Source of the DNA: Isurus oxyrinchus
Lineage: Eukaryota
DNA: 64,000 nt
Reading direction: 5' to 3'
NCBI GenBank assembly: GCA_026770705.1
Contig: JANJGN010000071.1
Coordinates: 248,001 to 312,000 of the forward strand
The position numbers and the translations under genes are program-made. The stretch's first letter is position 1. Each line of letters opens with the position of its first letter. Positions 36,499 through 47,299 of the stretch are shown here, one piece after another. The notes below the pieces were generated by a model. It saw only the letters and a list, made by a program, of their open reading frames with translations, was not told the DNA's origin and did not search any database.

Positions 36499-37594
36499 CT
36501 GGGGAGAGAAATATCAATATTTAACTCTGGATGGTTTGTAGATCCACTAGACTCGATATCCACCCCCTCCATCACTGGGGCACAGTGGCTGCAGTGTGGA
36601 CCATCTACAGGACACACAGGGATCTCCCCAATGTATCACAATGGATAGAAGAGAATCCTGGACACAGGAGTGGACAAGTTCATTCTACATTGGCTCATAG
36701 TCCTCAGGACCCTGTTTAGTGAAGCCAGTCTTCCACCCAACACAGTGTCTACAAGATACACAGGGAAACTGTGTAAATATCTCATCTCTCTACACTGACG
36801 GTTTACCTTTCAGTTAATTCATTTCGTTATGGTGAAACTGTGCAAGAAGTGTGAGGGCTGGACCCTCTGTCTATTCTGAATGCTGCTGTGATGTAATCAT
36901 GGCCTCTCAGGGAATGGACTATTGGAGTTAATTCATCCCTGAATTTTGATTTTGAATTCCAGAGCTCGGGGCCCAGGCAGCTGAAGGCACGGCCGCCAAT
37001 AATGGAATGATGGGAATCGGGGGATGGTCAAGATGCTGGAATTGGAGGAGTGCAGAGATCTCGGAGGGTTGTAGGTACTGGAGGAGATTACAGAAATAGG
37101 GAGGGTTGTAATGGTGGACGAGGTTACAGAGAAAGGGAGGTTTGTAGGGGCTGGAGAAATTAACAGAGATAGCGAAGGATATAGGGGCTGGAGTTGGTTA
37201 AAGAGTTAGGGAGAGTGGTAGGGGCTGGAGGAGGTTACTGAGATAGGGAGGATTGTAGGAGCAGGGCAAGGTTACAGAGGTAGGGAGTAATATATGTGCT
37301 GGAAGATGTTACAGAGATAGGGAGGTTGGTATGGGCTGGAGGAGGTAACATGGATAGGGAGAGTTGCAAAATTTTGGAGGGATTTCTACAGGATGACCTG
37401 GATTTTAATTTTCTGTTGCTGTCAGACAGGGAGTCAGTGAATATCAGTGATCACAGGGGTGATGGGTGAATGGGACTTGGTGTGAGTTTGTACACTGGCT
37501 CACTGCTGAATCGGTTCCCAATCACAGCTCAATAAGAATGATCTTTTACAAAGACTATTAACCATAAATCTGTCCGAGCTGACGATGATATTAG

Positions 37595-37626
37595 CTTGGA
37601 GAACTGACAGGAGGAAGTAAGATCAT
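37595..37626 (-). pseudogene. Leader exon, unit D, disabled (8-nt deletion; donor GT>CT)
   Basis: aagat^catt versus aagatttcccgatcatt in paralogues; ttagcttgg versus ttaccttgg. Confidence 0.85.
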
Positions 37627-37745
37627 TGTCCATTCCCAGATATTTCATCAGCTTCTCACTCTCAAGCTGTGAAAGAGAAAGGAGTTAATGAGACCTCACC
37701 TCTTGTCCGACAGCTCTCCAGAGATCAGAACTGCTTTTAGACAAT

Positions 37746-38383
37746 GGGCAGAGTTTCGCTGTCGGTGAGCAGGGGGCAGGGGTGCAGTGAATTCAGCTGA
37801 GGGCCCGCCGACCTGTCAATGGCCAATTGAAGCCATTGACAGGAACATTTAAACAATGAACCGACCTGCCGGTCCAACCTTAAGGCTGGTGGGCAGGGCA
37901 GGAGCTCCAGCGACAACTAGAGAAAACATGAAACCTCATCTACCGGCGGGACGAGGATTCATGTCGGTTTTAAAAGAGTTTATTAAAGTTTTGGTGCAGT
38001 TTATTAACATGTCCCATCTTGAGTGACACTGTCACGTGAGGGGGACATGTTGAGGATTTTTTTATTTTTCTATTTTGATTGTTTGAAAACCTTTCAGCGA
38101 TCTCCCTGAGGCAGCACTTAGCCTCAGGGTGATGTGGGCTTTATCATGCGCATGTGTGACAGAGCGCACTCTCGCATTTGGGGAATGTCCCCACCACCCA
38201 GCCCCCACCCCCGGCCCACACAGGAAGGGCATAGCGCTTCCCGCTGGACATCACGCTGGGTGGGCCTTAATTGGCACGCCCACTTAAAATGGCGGCGGGG
38301 CCCGCTTCTCCGGTGGGGATTGGCTCCCCGCCCGCTGGAGATTGGGTCAGGCCCACCCGCTCGACAGGCTGGAAATTCAGCCC
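37746..38383. mobile_element. Non-autonomous DNA transposon (PIF/Harbinger-like) with 3-bp TSD AAT
   Basis: Imperfect TIRs GGGCAGAGTTTC / GAAATTCAGCCC; empty site ttagacaatgtcttcac in paralogous introns. Confidence 0.8.
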
Positions 38384-38717
38384 AATGTCTTCACAGACTA
38401 ATTTGATTCTCTGTGGGATGATAGGTGCTCTGCAGAGAGTTACAAGGCTTGAAAAAGAAAAACAATGAAAGACTTGCATTTCTATAGCACCTTTCACCAC
38501 CTCAGGACGCCCCCAAATCTCATGTCTCTGCACTTCCCTCATCCCTTGAGCTAGAAAGATGTTCTGTACAACAGACTTGAGCCTCACACCCTGATCTCAA
38601 TAATCAGTAGAAATCTTTCAAAGGCATCAATCATTGGAATCTGTCTTTATAAAGTCACAACATCAACAAAGGACGGTGTTGGTGGTGGAAGTGAATTCCA
38701 ATCGTTCCGTTACTTAC

Positions 38718-38858
38718 CCAGGACCTGTCCGACTGCTCGCCTGGGGAGGAACTGCCCATACGCTCTGCTTGGGCTGAATGACCTCTTCCTGTGCTGCTCC
38801 CTATTTGTGTTTAATTAAAAAGGGTGCATGTGTCACTGTGAGTCAAAATGAGGAAGTG
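38718..38858 (-). promoter_or_regulatory. Exon 1 and PU.1/ETS motif, unit D (with adjacent AP-1-like TGAGTCA)
   Basis: Donor at 38718; GAGGAAGTG at 38850. Confidence 0.68.
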
Positions 38859-38959
38859 CTTGGTACCAAGTGAGAAAGCAACTCTTTGCCTCGCACTGTT
38901 AGAAAACTGTTAACCCTTTGCGTGCCAATAATGTGGTTGAAGGGCCATCGACTGTTCAT

Positions 38960-40152
38960 ATGCAACAAGCTCGAGGGTTTGAATGGGCCTCCTCCTGTTC
39001 CTGTGTAACAGGCTCGAGGGGTCTAAATGGGCCTCCTCCTGTTCCAGTGTGACATGATTGTGTGGCTGATTAAGCCTCCCCCTGTTCCTGTGTAACAGTC
39101 TTTGGCAGGGCTGAATGTGCCTCCTCCTATTCCTGTGTAACAGGCTCCAGGTGCTGAATGCCCTCCCCCTGTCCTTGTGTAACAGGCTCGAGTGTCCGAA
39201 TAGGCCTCCTCCTGTTCCTGTGTAACAGGCTCAAGAGGCTGAATGGATCTCCTTGTTTTCCTGTGTTACAGGTTAGATGGTCTGAATGGGCCGCCTCCTG
39301 TTCCTGTGTAACAGGTTCAAGGGGACAGAATGGGCCTCCTCCTGTTTCTGTGTAACAGCATCATGGGGCTGAATGGGCCTCCACCTGTTCCTATCTAACA
39401 GGCTTGAGTGGCTGAATGGGCCTCCTCCTGTTCCTGTGTAACAGGCTTGATGGGGCTAAATGGAGCCCCTAATGTTCCTGTGTAACAAGCTTGTGGAGGC
39501 TGAATGGGTCTCCTGTACCTGTGTAACAGGCTCAAGGGGACAGAATGGGCCTCCTCCTGTTCCTGTGTAACAGGCTCGAGGGAACAGAATGGGCCTCCTC
39601 CTTTTTCTGTGTAACAGGCACGAGGGACTGAATGGGTTTCCTATTCCTGTGTAAGTGGGTTGAGAGACTGAATGTCCTCTTCCTGTTCCTGGGTAACAGG
39701 CTCGAGGAGCTGAGACTCTCTCCTGTTCCTGTGGAAGGGTGTTGAGGGACTAAATGTCCTTTTCCTGTTCCTGTATAATAGGCTCAAGAGGCTGATGGGC
39801 TTTCTCCTGTCCTCATGTAACAGGCTTGAGTGGCTGAATGGTCCTCCTCCTGTTCCTGTGTAACAGGCTTGAGGGAATGAATGGGCCTCCTCCTGTTCCT
39901 GTGTAACAAGCTCGAGGGGGCTGAATGGGCCTCCTCCTGTTCCTGTGTAACAGGATCAAGAGGCTGAATGGGCCTCTTCCTGTTCCTGTGTAACAGGCTC
40001 GAGGGGGCTGAATGGGCCTCCTCCTGTTCCTGTGTAACAGGCTCGAGGGGCTGAATGTGCCTCCTCCTGTTCCTGTGTAACAGGCTCGAGGGGGCTGAAT
40101 GGCCTCCTGCTGTTCCTGTGTAACAGGATCAAGAGGCTGAATGTCCTCCTGT
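38960..40152 (+). repeat. ~40-43-bp minisatellite (taacaggctcgaggggctgaatgggcctcctcctgttcctgtg) built from a LINE 3' tail
   Basis: ~27 tandem units; same motif as dispersed LINE ends (e.g. ~31221, ~43245, and reverse at ~56941). Confidence 0.88.
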
Positions 40153-41486
40153 CATTAAAAATAAATACTGCAGATGCTGTAAATCTGAAATAAAAACAGA
40201 AAATGCTGCATTAACTCAGCAGGTCTGGTAGCAGCTGTGGAGAGAGAAACAGAGTTTTTGCTTATAGACTCTGAAGAAGGGTCATAAGGACACAAAATGC
40301 TAATTCTGTTTATCTCTGCACAGATGCTGCCAGACCTACTCAGTTTCTCCAGCATTTTCTGTTTTTGTATCAGGTGCCCTCTTGTTCCTGTGTAGCAGGT
40401 TCGAGGAGGCTGAATGGCCTCCTCCTGTTCCTATTCAATGGGCAGTCAAAGAATGTCTGATTTTGGACCTCGAACCCAATTCTGTCCTCAGGACATTGAC
40501 AGAAGGAGAGACCAGTTACAGGTTAATGCCGGAGGATTATTTATTTTCCCAATCTTTTATCCAAGTATCTCATCAAACACAGAGCAGAACCAGGATCAAG
40601 GATGTTGGTCTCTGTGATCTGTAACACATCGCACAGTCCACCCATCCACTCAGCCTTCAGGATGGATGCTTATTGTACTCTCCAAGAGTGAAAGACTAAA
40701 ATGATGGTTTATTGCAGCTATATCTCATTCTGTTGTCAAAGCTGTCTCATCCATCCATGACATATTGAAGAAGTTAAACCTGCAACCAATTTTTCACATC
40801 ATAATTTCCTATGTTCATTGGCAACATCAATGTAAACATGTCACGCTGAAATGATGTCCTGCCACCAGTGGTGGCACTGTATCACATCTGTTATCCTCTG
40901 AGCTGCAGAGAATTTCTCAAATCTCCAATCAAATTGTTTCCCTGTTTCCGGGATTGCTGATGGTTTTGCTCTTTAACGATGAAGTGTAAAATCCAAATAT
41001 ATATCTGAAAATACATTTGACTACAAAATGCTGAGTAAATTTTACCAATCTCTTCTGCTCCAATTATCCACCGTTCCTGCATTCCCTGAAATCTACACTG
41101 GCTGGTGAATATTCTGTAAACACTGACAGACAGGAAGGTGAATAACAGAATGAAAATTAACTCATAATCAAGGACACGGGATTGAATTTGTCCGTTCTGT
41201 CCTGGTACATCATCGAACGATATCTAAAGACATTTACAATCAGATTGGAGAGAAGGATGTTTCCAACAGTGAGGGACAATTCTGAAGGAGGATGTTCGAA
41301 TTGAAACCCACAGACAATCATCCTGGATAGATCATTCCAAAGAAATTCCATCAGATTGTAACAAGAGGTTTAAATCTATTTCCTGGGAGTGAGTTCCTGT
41401 GGATATTAGGAAGGTAAATTGGAGTTTTGAATGATTCTCCCGTTCTGTATTCTCCCCACACTGTGTGTGTCTCATTCTTGCTCAGT

Positions 41487-41603
41487 TTATAAATTCCCAT
41501 AAACAGAATCCTCAGCAAATTCACAGTTTGCGTAAAGATCATCATCTGTATCAGGATTGACTCCGCGGTTAGATTTCATTTCCAGATCCTTCTCATCTTT
41601 CTG
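41487..41603 (-). CDS. Orphan terminal cytoplasmic exon: QKDEKDLEMKSNRGVNPDTDDDLYANCEFAEDSVYGNL*
   Basis: tttctgtttctattacag|CAG (NAGNAG) acceptor; 117 nt, phase 0 to TAA; two acidic Y-x-N motifs; below the ORF-track length cutoff. Confidence 0.72.
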   Translation of the reverse strand, partial: QKDEKDLEMKSNRGVNPDTDDDLYANCEFAEDSVYGNL

Positions 41604-41711
41604 CTGTAATAGAAACAGAAATGATCAGAGTGACAATCAGAGTGATCAGTGTTTAGTATTATTGATCCAAATCGAAAATTCCACCCACAATACATACATT
41701 AATTATTGATA

Positions 41712-44700
41712 CTGTTGGATGCTGGTCACGAGTTTGTTGGGACTTATGGATCCAGGCTTGTTTTGGAGAGGCTGAGTAGGTACAATAGACAGAGTAGATC
41801 AGCAGACAGTTCTTAGATGAAACACATTCTGCTTATTTACAAAGGAACTCAGCAGCTACACTTGTGTGCTTTCAACTCAAGCCCTGTCTCTGCATTACAG
41901 GCTCTAACCAAAGGTGACCGACTACTGAGGTACCTGTGCCACTCGGCTGTTGGACACTGATATAAGAGTTAAACAGGGACTTCTATTAGTGAAAACCAAA
42001 GGTCAGCAGAATTCTCCAGGTGAACCTTGTGCACCATGGGGCTGACATCAGCAGAACTCTCCAGAAAGGCCTTGAAGATCACGAGGGATTAACTCGAGAA
42101 GAGACATAAAGAGATGCTGAGGGTAAACAGATAAGGTAAAGGCAAACGGCACCAGGCTAGAACGAGATAAACAGTTCTTGCTTGGGTAAGGAGCAGATAT
42201 GTACCTGGGACTGGGAACATATGCTTATTATGTGATTATGTACTGACAAGATTTGAATTTAAATAACCCAATGTGTACGTGACTAACTCTGTGAACAAAA
42301 AAGATGGTTTCCCTGTAATGGGTAGAGTTCTGTTTTTAGCCAGGCCTGAGGTTGATTCTGAGAACACACCACAACACTGAGCTCATGTTATCTTCCATTG
42401 TAACCTTCTTCTTAAAGGTATATCACACATCAGATTACCACCACCCTCCCCCTTTACTCAGAAATACATTTTACACTTACTTTTACCATTTTCTCAAAGT
42501 ATCAGATGATTTACACAGATCAGTAATTTACAAATTCAGTCTTTCTGGGGGGTTTCCTTATGCGTCTGGAACGTCTCAGATCCACAGCTTCAGATGCTTT
42601 GTCAGGAGTCTCCTTTTCTGATGTTGTCCCAACACCAGCTTCTTCGGTGGACACCTGCAAACCTGTTTCCTCAACTCTTGCAGGTACAACGGACCCTTCA
42701 GACACATCTGTTCTCAGCTGAGTTCTTTCAACAGGAGACATAGACGCAGCCGTGAAGACTGGTGGGGTTGTTTCTTGGTACTTTGTTTCTCTCCTCCTTA
42801 TATGACCCACATGTCTCCATATGACTCGGTCTTCCACTTTCACATGGTGAGAAAGAGTTCCAATCGCTGCATTTATTTCACCCGGTGACCACTTTGGCCG
42901 TTCTCTAAAATCCTTCACATATACCGTCTCTCCTACGGTCAGCTTCCTGTCATGGCTATGCCAGTCATGTCCAGTTTCCTGTCTTCCTGGACTCCTTTCC
43001 ACCTTCCCGCTGACATTTAGCATGACTGATGTTGCAAATGTGACGTGAGAAAAAACTTTTTCACACAACTGAGTTTTGGGCCTGGAATGCACGGCCTGGA
43101 AGTGTTGTGGAGGCAGGTTCAATCGAGGCATTCAGGAGGGCATTAGATGGTTATTTGGATAGAGAAAAGGTGCAGGGGCATGGGGAAAGGCAGGGCAATG
43201 ACACTAGGTCATGATGCTCATTTGGAGAGCTGGGATAGACACGATGGGCTGAATGGCCTCCTGCTGTGCCATTAAGACTCTGTGATCCTGCAGAGGAGAC
43301 TCTGAAAGGCAAACCGGTTTATTGATACAACCCTTTGTGTGTATTAATTGTGACAAACTTCTGGGAGGCCTTCTCGAACTCCAATTGTTGATAAGCATGG
43401 CTCATATCAGCTCCGTGTAGGCCGTTCCAGTCAATTCTTGTCATCTCCACAAATTCAAACACTTTGGCCAGGCTCAGGTCCAGGGACTATTGGTGCTGCC
43501 CATTCTGAGGGCAGCACAGATTGTATCACTCCCAGTTTCTAGAACCTGCCCAATTCAGCATCTGCCTTTTCCCACATTGCATAAGGTACTGGCCGTGCCT
43601 TCATAAATCAGAGGGGTAGAGTCTGGATCCACATGAATTTTTGCTTGCAGCCCCTGGATCTCCCCGAGTTCATCTTGGAAAACTGAGATGTATTTTTGTA
43701 GTAGCTCGTAGCTCAGGTAGCCCACTGGCTCTCAGTTGGAAGATCTCAGACCAATCCAGTTTAATATCTTTCAGCCAGTTTCGTCCAAGGAGGCTTGGTC
43801 CCTCACCAGCTCCCATCATCAAGGGTCATTTTACTGATTGACTTCCATACTGTATAACAACCCTGCTTATGTCTTTGGCTTGAATGTCTTCTCCCGTGTG
43901 AGTTTTCAATTAGTCATCTGTTTCTTCCAAATTTAATTGACTTTCCCCATGATTCCAGTATTTGAAAGTATGCTCCCCAATTAGCGTAATGTTAGCTCCT
44001 GTGTCCACCCCCATTCTGAGAGCTCTATCATTCACCCTCACTGTTACATAGATTGGCTCTGTTCTTCCTACCTTTAAATTATACAATGAATAACTATCTG
44101 AATCTGTTACTTCAGGCTCTTCTATGTTATGGATCTCACAGGGTTTTCTCTCTTGGTTGAAACTCTGCCTGATTCTATCCTTGCAATCTCTCATGGGCTC
44201 TCTGTTTCGATGACAGTAAAAACAATTGATTTTTTTAAAGTTCCATTCACTACGAGGTTGTCTGCTTCACCTCTGTTCACATTATTCCATGTTTTCTCTG
44301 CTAAGTCATTCCTTTTTATTTGCTGCTAGTGGTGGAGGTTTCCCGTTTCTCATCAGAGCTGTACATTTTCCCGCACTTCTTGGCTGAGGCTCCTCACCCA
44401 ACATGAGGACGGTGACATTTTGCACTATCCATATGTTTTTCGAGTCCCTCACTGCTCTTTCCAAAGCCAGCACTATTCCCAGCACCTTCTGAATATCCAA
44501 ATCTGTTTCAGACAGTAATCTCTTCTGAATCGCATCTTCATTTATACTGCACACCAGTTGATCTCTCAGCATATTATTTATAGATTTACCAAACTCACAA
44601 TGTCCTATTAACTCTTTCAGACTTTCCACATAACATGCAGCTGCCTCCCCTGGGACTCTATTTCTTGAGTTAAATTTGGACCGTTGCATCGTTACCGAGG

Positions 44701-45095
44701 GCTGGGGCTGGGAAGGAATCTTCACAAGGTTCACTATATCATCTAAACTTTTTGAATCCATGGCACCGGGTGACATTAAAGTTCGCATCAATCCCTAAAT
44801 CTTACTCCCACACGTGGATAAGAGGGTCGCTCGCCTCTTCTCCTCCCCATCAATGTCATTCACTTGGAAAAAGAACGCGAGGAGTTCACCATAATGAGAC
44901 CAATCGCCCACCGTTGGGTCGAAAGGATCAACTCTTCCAAACTGCAGCATTCTTCGAGGGGACTGCTTCGGTTATTAGGATGGAAATTATATTTATAATC
45001 GTTGCGTGAGGCACAGCCGGATTTCGGTTCCCTTGCTCTCATTCCTTGCTTTTTCTTCCTTGTTATTCACCTCATCGCCAGTTTATTCAACCCTT
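41712..45095 (-). mobile_element. Decayed Gypsy-like LTR retrotransposon
   Basis: gag (HCEFG…MLRDQLVC.I), protease-like (DTGA), integrase C-terminus; PBS-like tggcgatgagg at ~45070-45081; PPT-like tract at ~42440-42455. Confidence 0.82.
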
Positions 45096-45634
45096 GTCAC
45101 TACTTTAGTTTGCATTCCCTCGGTACTGAGCCTGCGACAGTGCAGCATTCCCTGGGTACGGACCCTCCGACTGTGCAGTGGTCCCTTAGTCATGAGCCCC
45201 TGATAGTGCAGCAGCCCCTAAGTACTGATGCTCGAAAAGTGTAGCGCTCCCTCAGCATTGACCATCTGACAGTGCAGCACTCCTTCAGCACTGGCACACC
45301 CAGAGTGCAACACTCGCAGTACAGACCCTCCGACAGTGCAGCACTAAGTCAGTGCTGACTGTCCAACAGTGCAGCACTCCCTCAGCACTGACCCTCCGAC
45401 TGTGCAGGACTCTCAGTCCTGACACCGAGTGCCGGTCTGAATTTTGCCAAATGAATTTCGAACTGACGACCTTCTCACTCAGAGAGAGAGAGGGTTCGAA
45501 ATCCAGTGACACACAGGAGAAATTCCTGGTCAATGACTTTCCACTTTTGAGCAGAAATATCATCACAAGTCCAGAACGCCAAGGGTTAACAGCTTCAAAA
45601 AACTCAAAACACGAGCTGTTCTGTCACTTTGATC

Positions 45635-45776
45635 CAACTTCCTCATTTTGTCTCACAGAGACACATCAACCCTTTCTCATTAAATACACAGAGGGAGCAG
45701 CACAGGAAGAGGTCATTCAGCCCAGGCAGAGCGTGTGGGCAGTTCCTCCCCAGGCGAGCAGTCGGACAGGTCCTGG
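45635..45776 (+). promoter_or_regulatory. PU.1/ETS motif and non-coding exon 1, unit E (opposite orientation to A-D)
   Basis: ACTTCCTC at 45637-45644; CCTGG|gtaagt donor at 45776. Confidence 0.72.
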
Positions 45777-46225
45777 GTAAGTAATGGAACGATTGGAATT
45801 CACTTCCACGACCAACACAGTCCTTTGTTGATGTTGTGACTTTATAAAGACAAATTCCAATGATTGATGCCTTTGAAAGATTTCTACTGATATTGAGATC
45901 TGGGTGTGAGGCTCAAGTCTGTTGTACAGAACATCTTTCTAGCTCAAGGGATGAGGGAAGTGCAGGGACATGAGCTTTGGGACATCCTGAGGTGCTGAAA
46001 TACGATATAGAAATGCAAGTCCTTCATTGATTTATTTTTTTAAAGCTTTTTAACTCTCTGCAGAGCACCTATCATCCCACAGAGAACCAAATTAGTCTGT
46101 GTAGACAATGTGTAAAAGCAGTTCTGATCTCTCGAGAGCTGTCGGACAAGAGGTGAGGTCTCATTAACTCCTTTCTCTTTCACAGTTTGAGAGTCAGAAG
46201 CTAAAGGAATATCTGGGAGTGGACA

Positions 46226-46265
46226 ATGATCGGGAAATCCTACTTCCTCCTGTCACTTCTCCAAG
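46226..46265 (+). CDS. Leader exon CDS, unit E: MIGKSYFLLSLLQ
   Basis: gacaATG…CAAG|gtaat; acceptor at ~46185. Confidence 0.88.
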
Positions 46266-47299
46266 GTAATATCATCGTCAACTTGGACAGACTTATGGCT
46301 AATAGTCTTTGTAAAAGATCATTCTTATTGAGCTGTGATAGGGAACTGATTCAGCAGTGAGCCAGTGTACAAACTCACACCAAGTCCCATTCACCCATCA
46401 CCCCTGTGCTCACTGATATACACTGACTCCCTGTCTGACAGCAGAACTGCAGGACAGCAGAGACCTCAAAGGGTTTCAGGGCTGGAGGAGGTGACAGTGA
46501 TAGGGAGTGGAGAGGGAGGATGGAGGGATAAGGAATCAATGAAGAGATTTTGAAAATTGAGTCATTGCTGGACTGGGAGCCAGTGTAGGTCAGCGAGTGA
46601 CAGGGGAGCGATCGGCTGAATAGAGAAGCAGGGATAAAAACTGGGGGATGAAGTCTATCCTGATGCAAGCACTCCGATATCAATGCCCTGAAATGTTTCT
46701 CTCTTGCTGATTTTCATCAGAATTTCCCATGAAGACAACACAGAAGCTCTTAGATTAGACAGGCAGTTCAGCGTCACACTTCCTGTCCATTCTCACCATG
46801 CTAGAAAATTCGATAAGATAGCAAGATAACTGATAGAGAGAAGGGAGGCAAAGCTGTCTGTATGTAAAACTGTCAAATATTCTGAGTTATCATGATTGTT
46901 TCTGATCTGCTGCAGAGTTTATATTTCATTGAAACTTATTACTTTGCAGCTCAGAGAGAGACCATTGACTCACTGCCTGAAAGGGCGGTGGAAGCAGATT
47001 CAACAGGAACTTTCAGAAGGGGAACTGGATAAATACTTGAAGGGGAAATTTTGCAGGGTTGTGGAGGAAAGAGCAGAGGTGAGAGTGGGAATAATTGGAC
47101 AGATCTTTCAACGGCCCAGCACAGGCTCGATGGGCCAAATGTCTTCCTTCTGTTCCGGATCATTCTACAATCCGATAAATTAAGTCCCTTTTCAATAACT
47201 CTCCAGGCTCCTGCTGCAGGAATGGATCTTTCAGAAGGGCAGGGAGCAAGCGGTTTCTCATATCATGTTCATATTTATTGACAATTACATAAGTGCATG

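Noticed and set aside
40861-40880. CTCF site (gccaccagtggtggcact)
   Set aside because: One base short of the core spacing in all paralogous copies; not supportable without ChIP data
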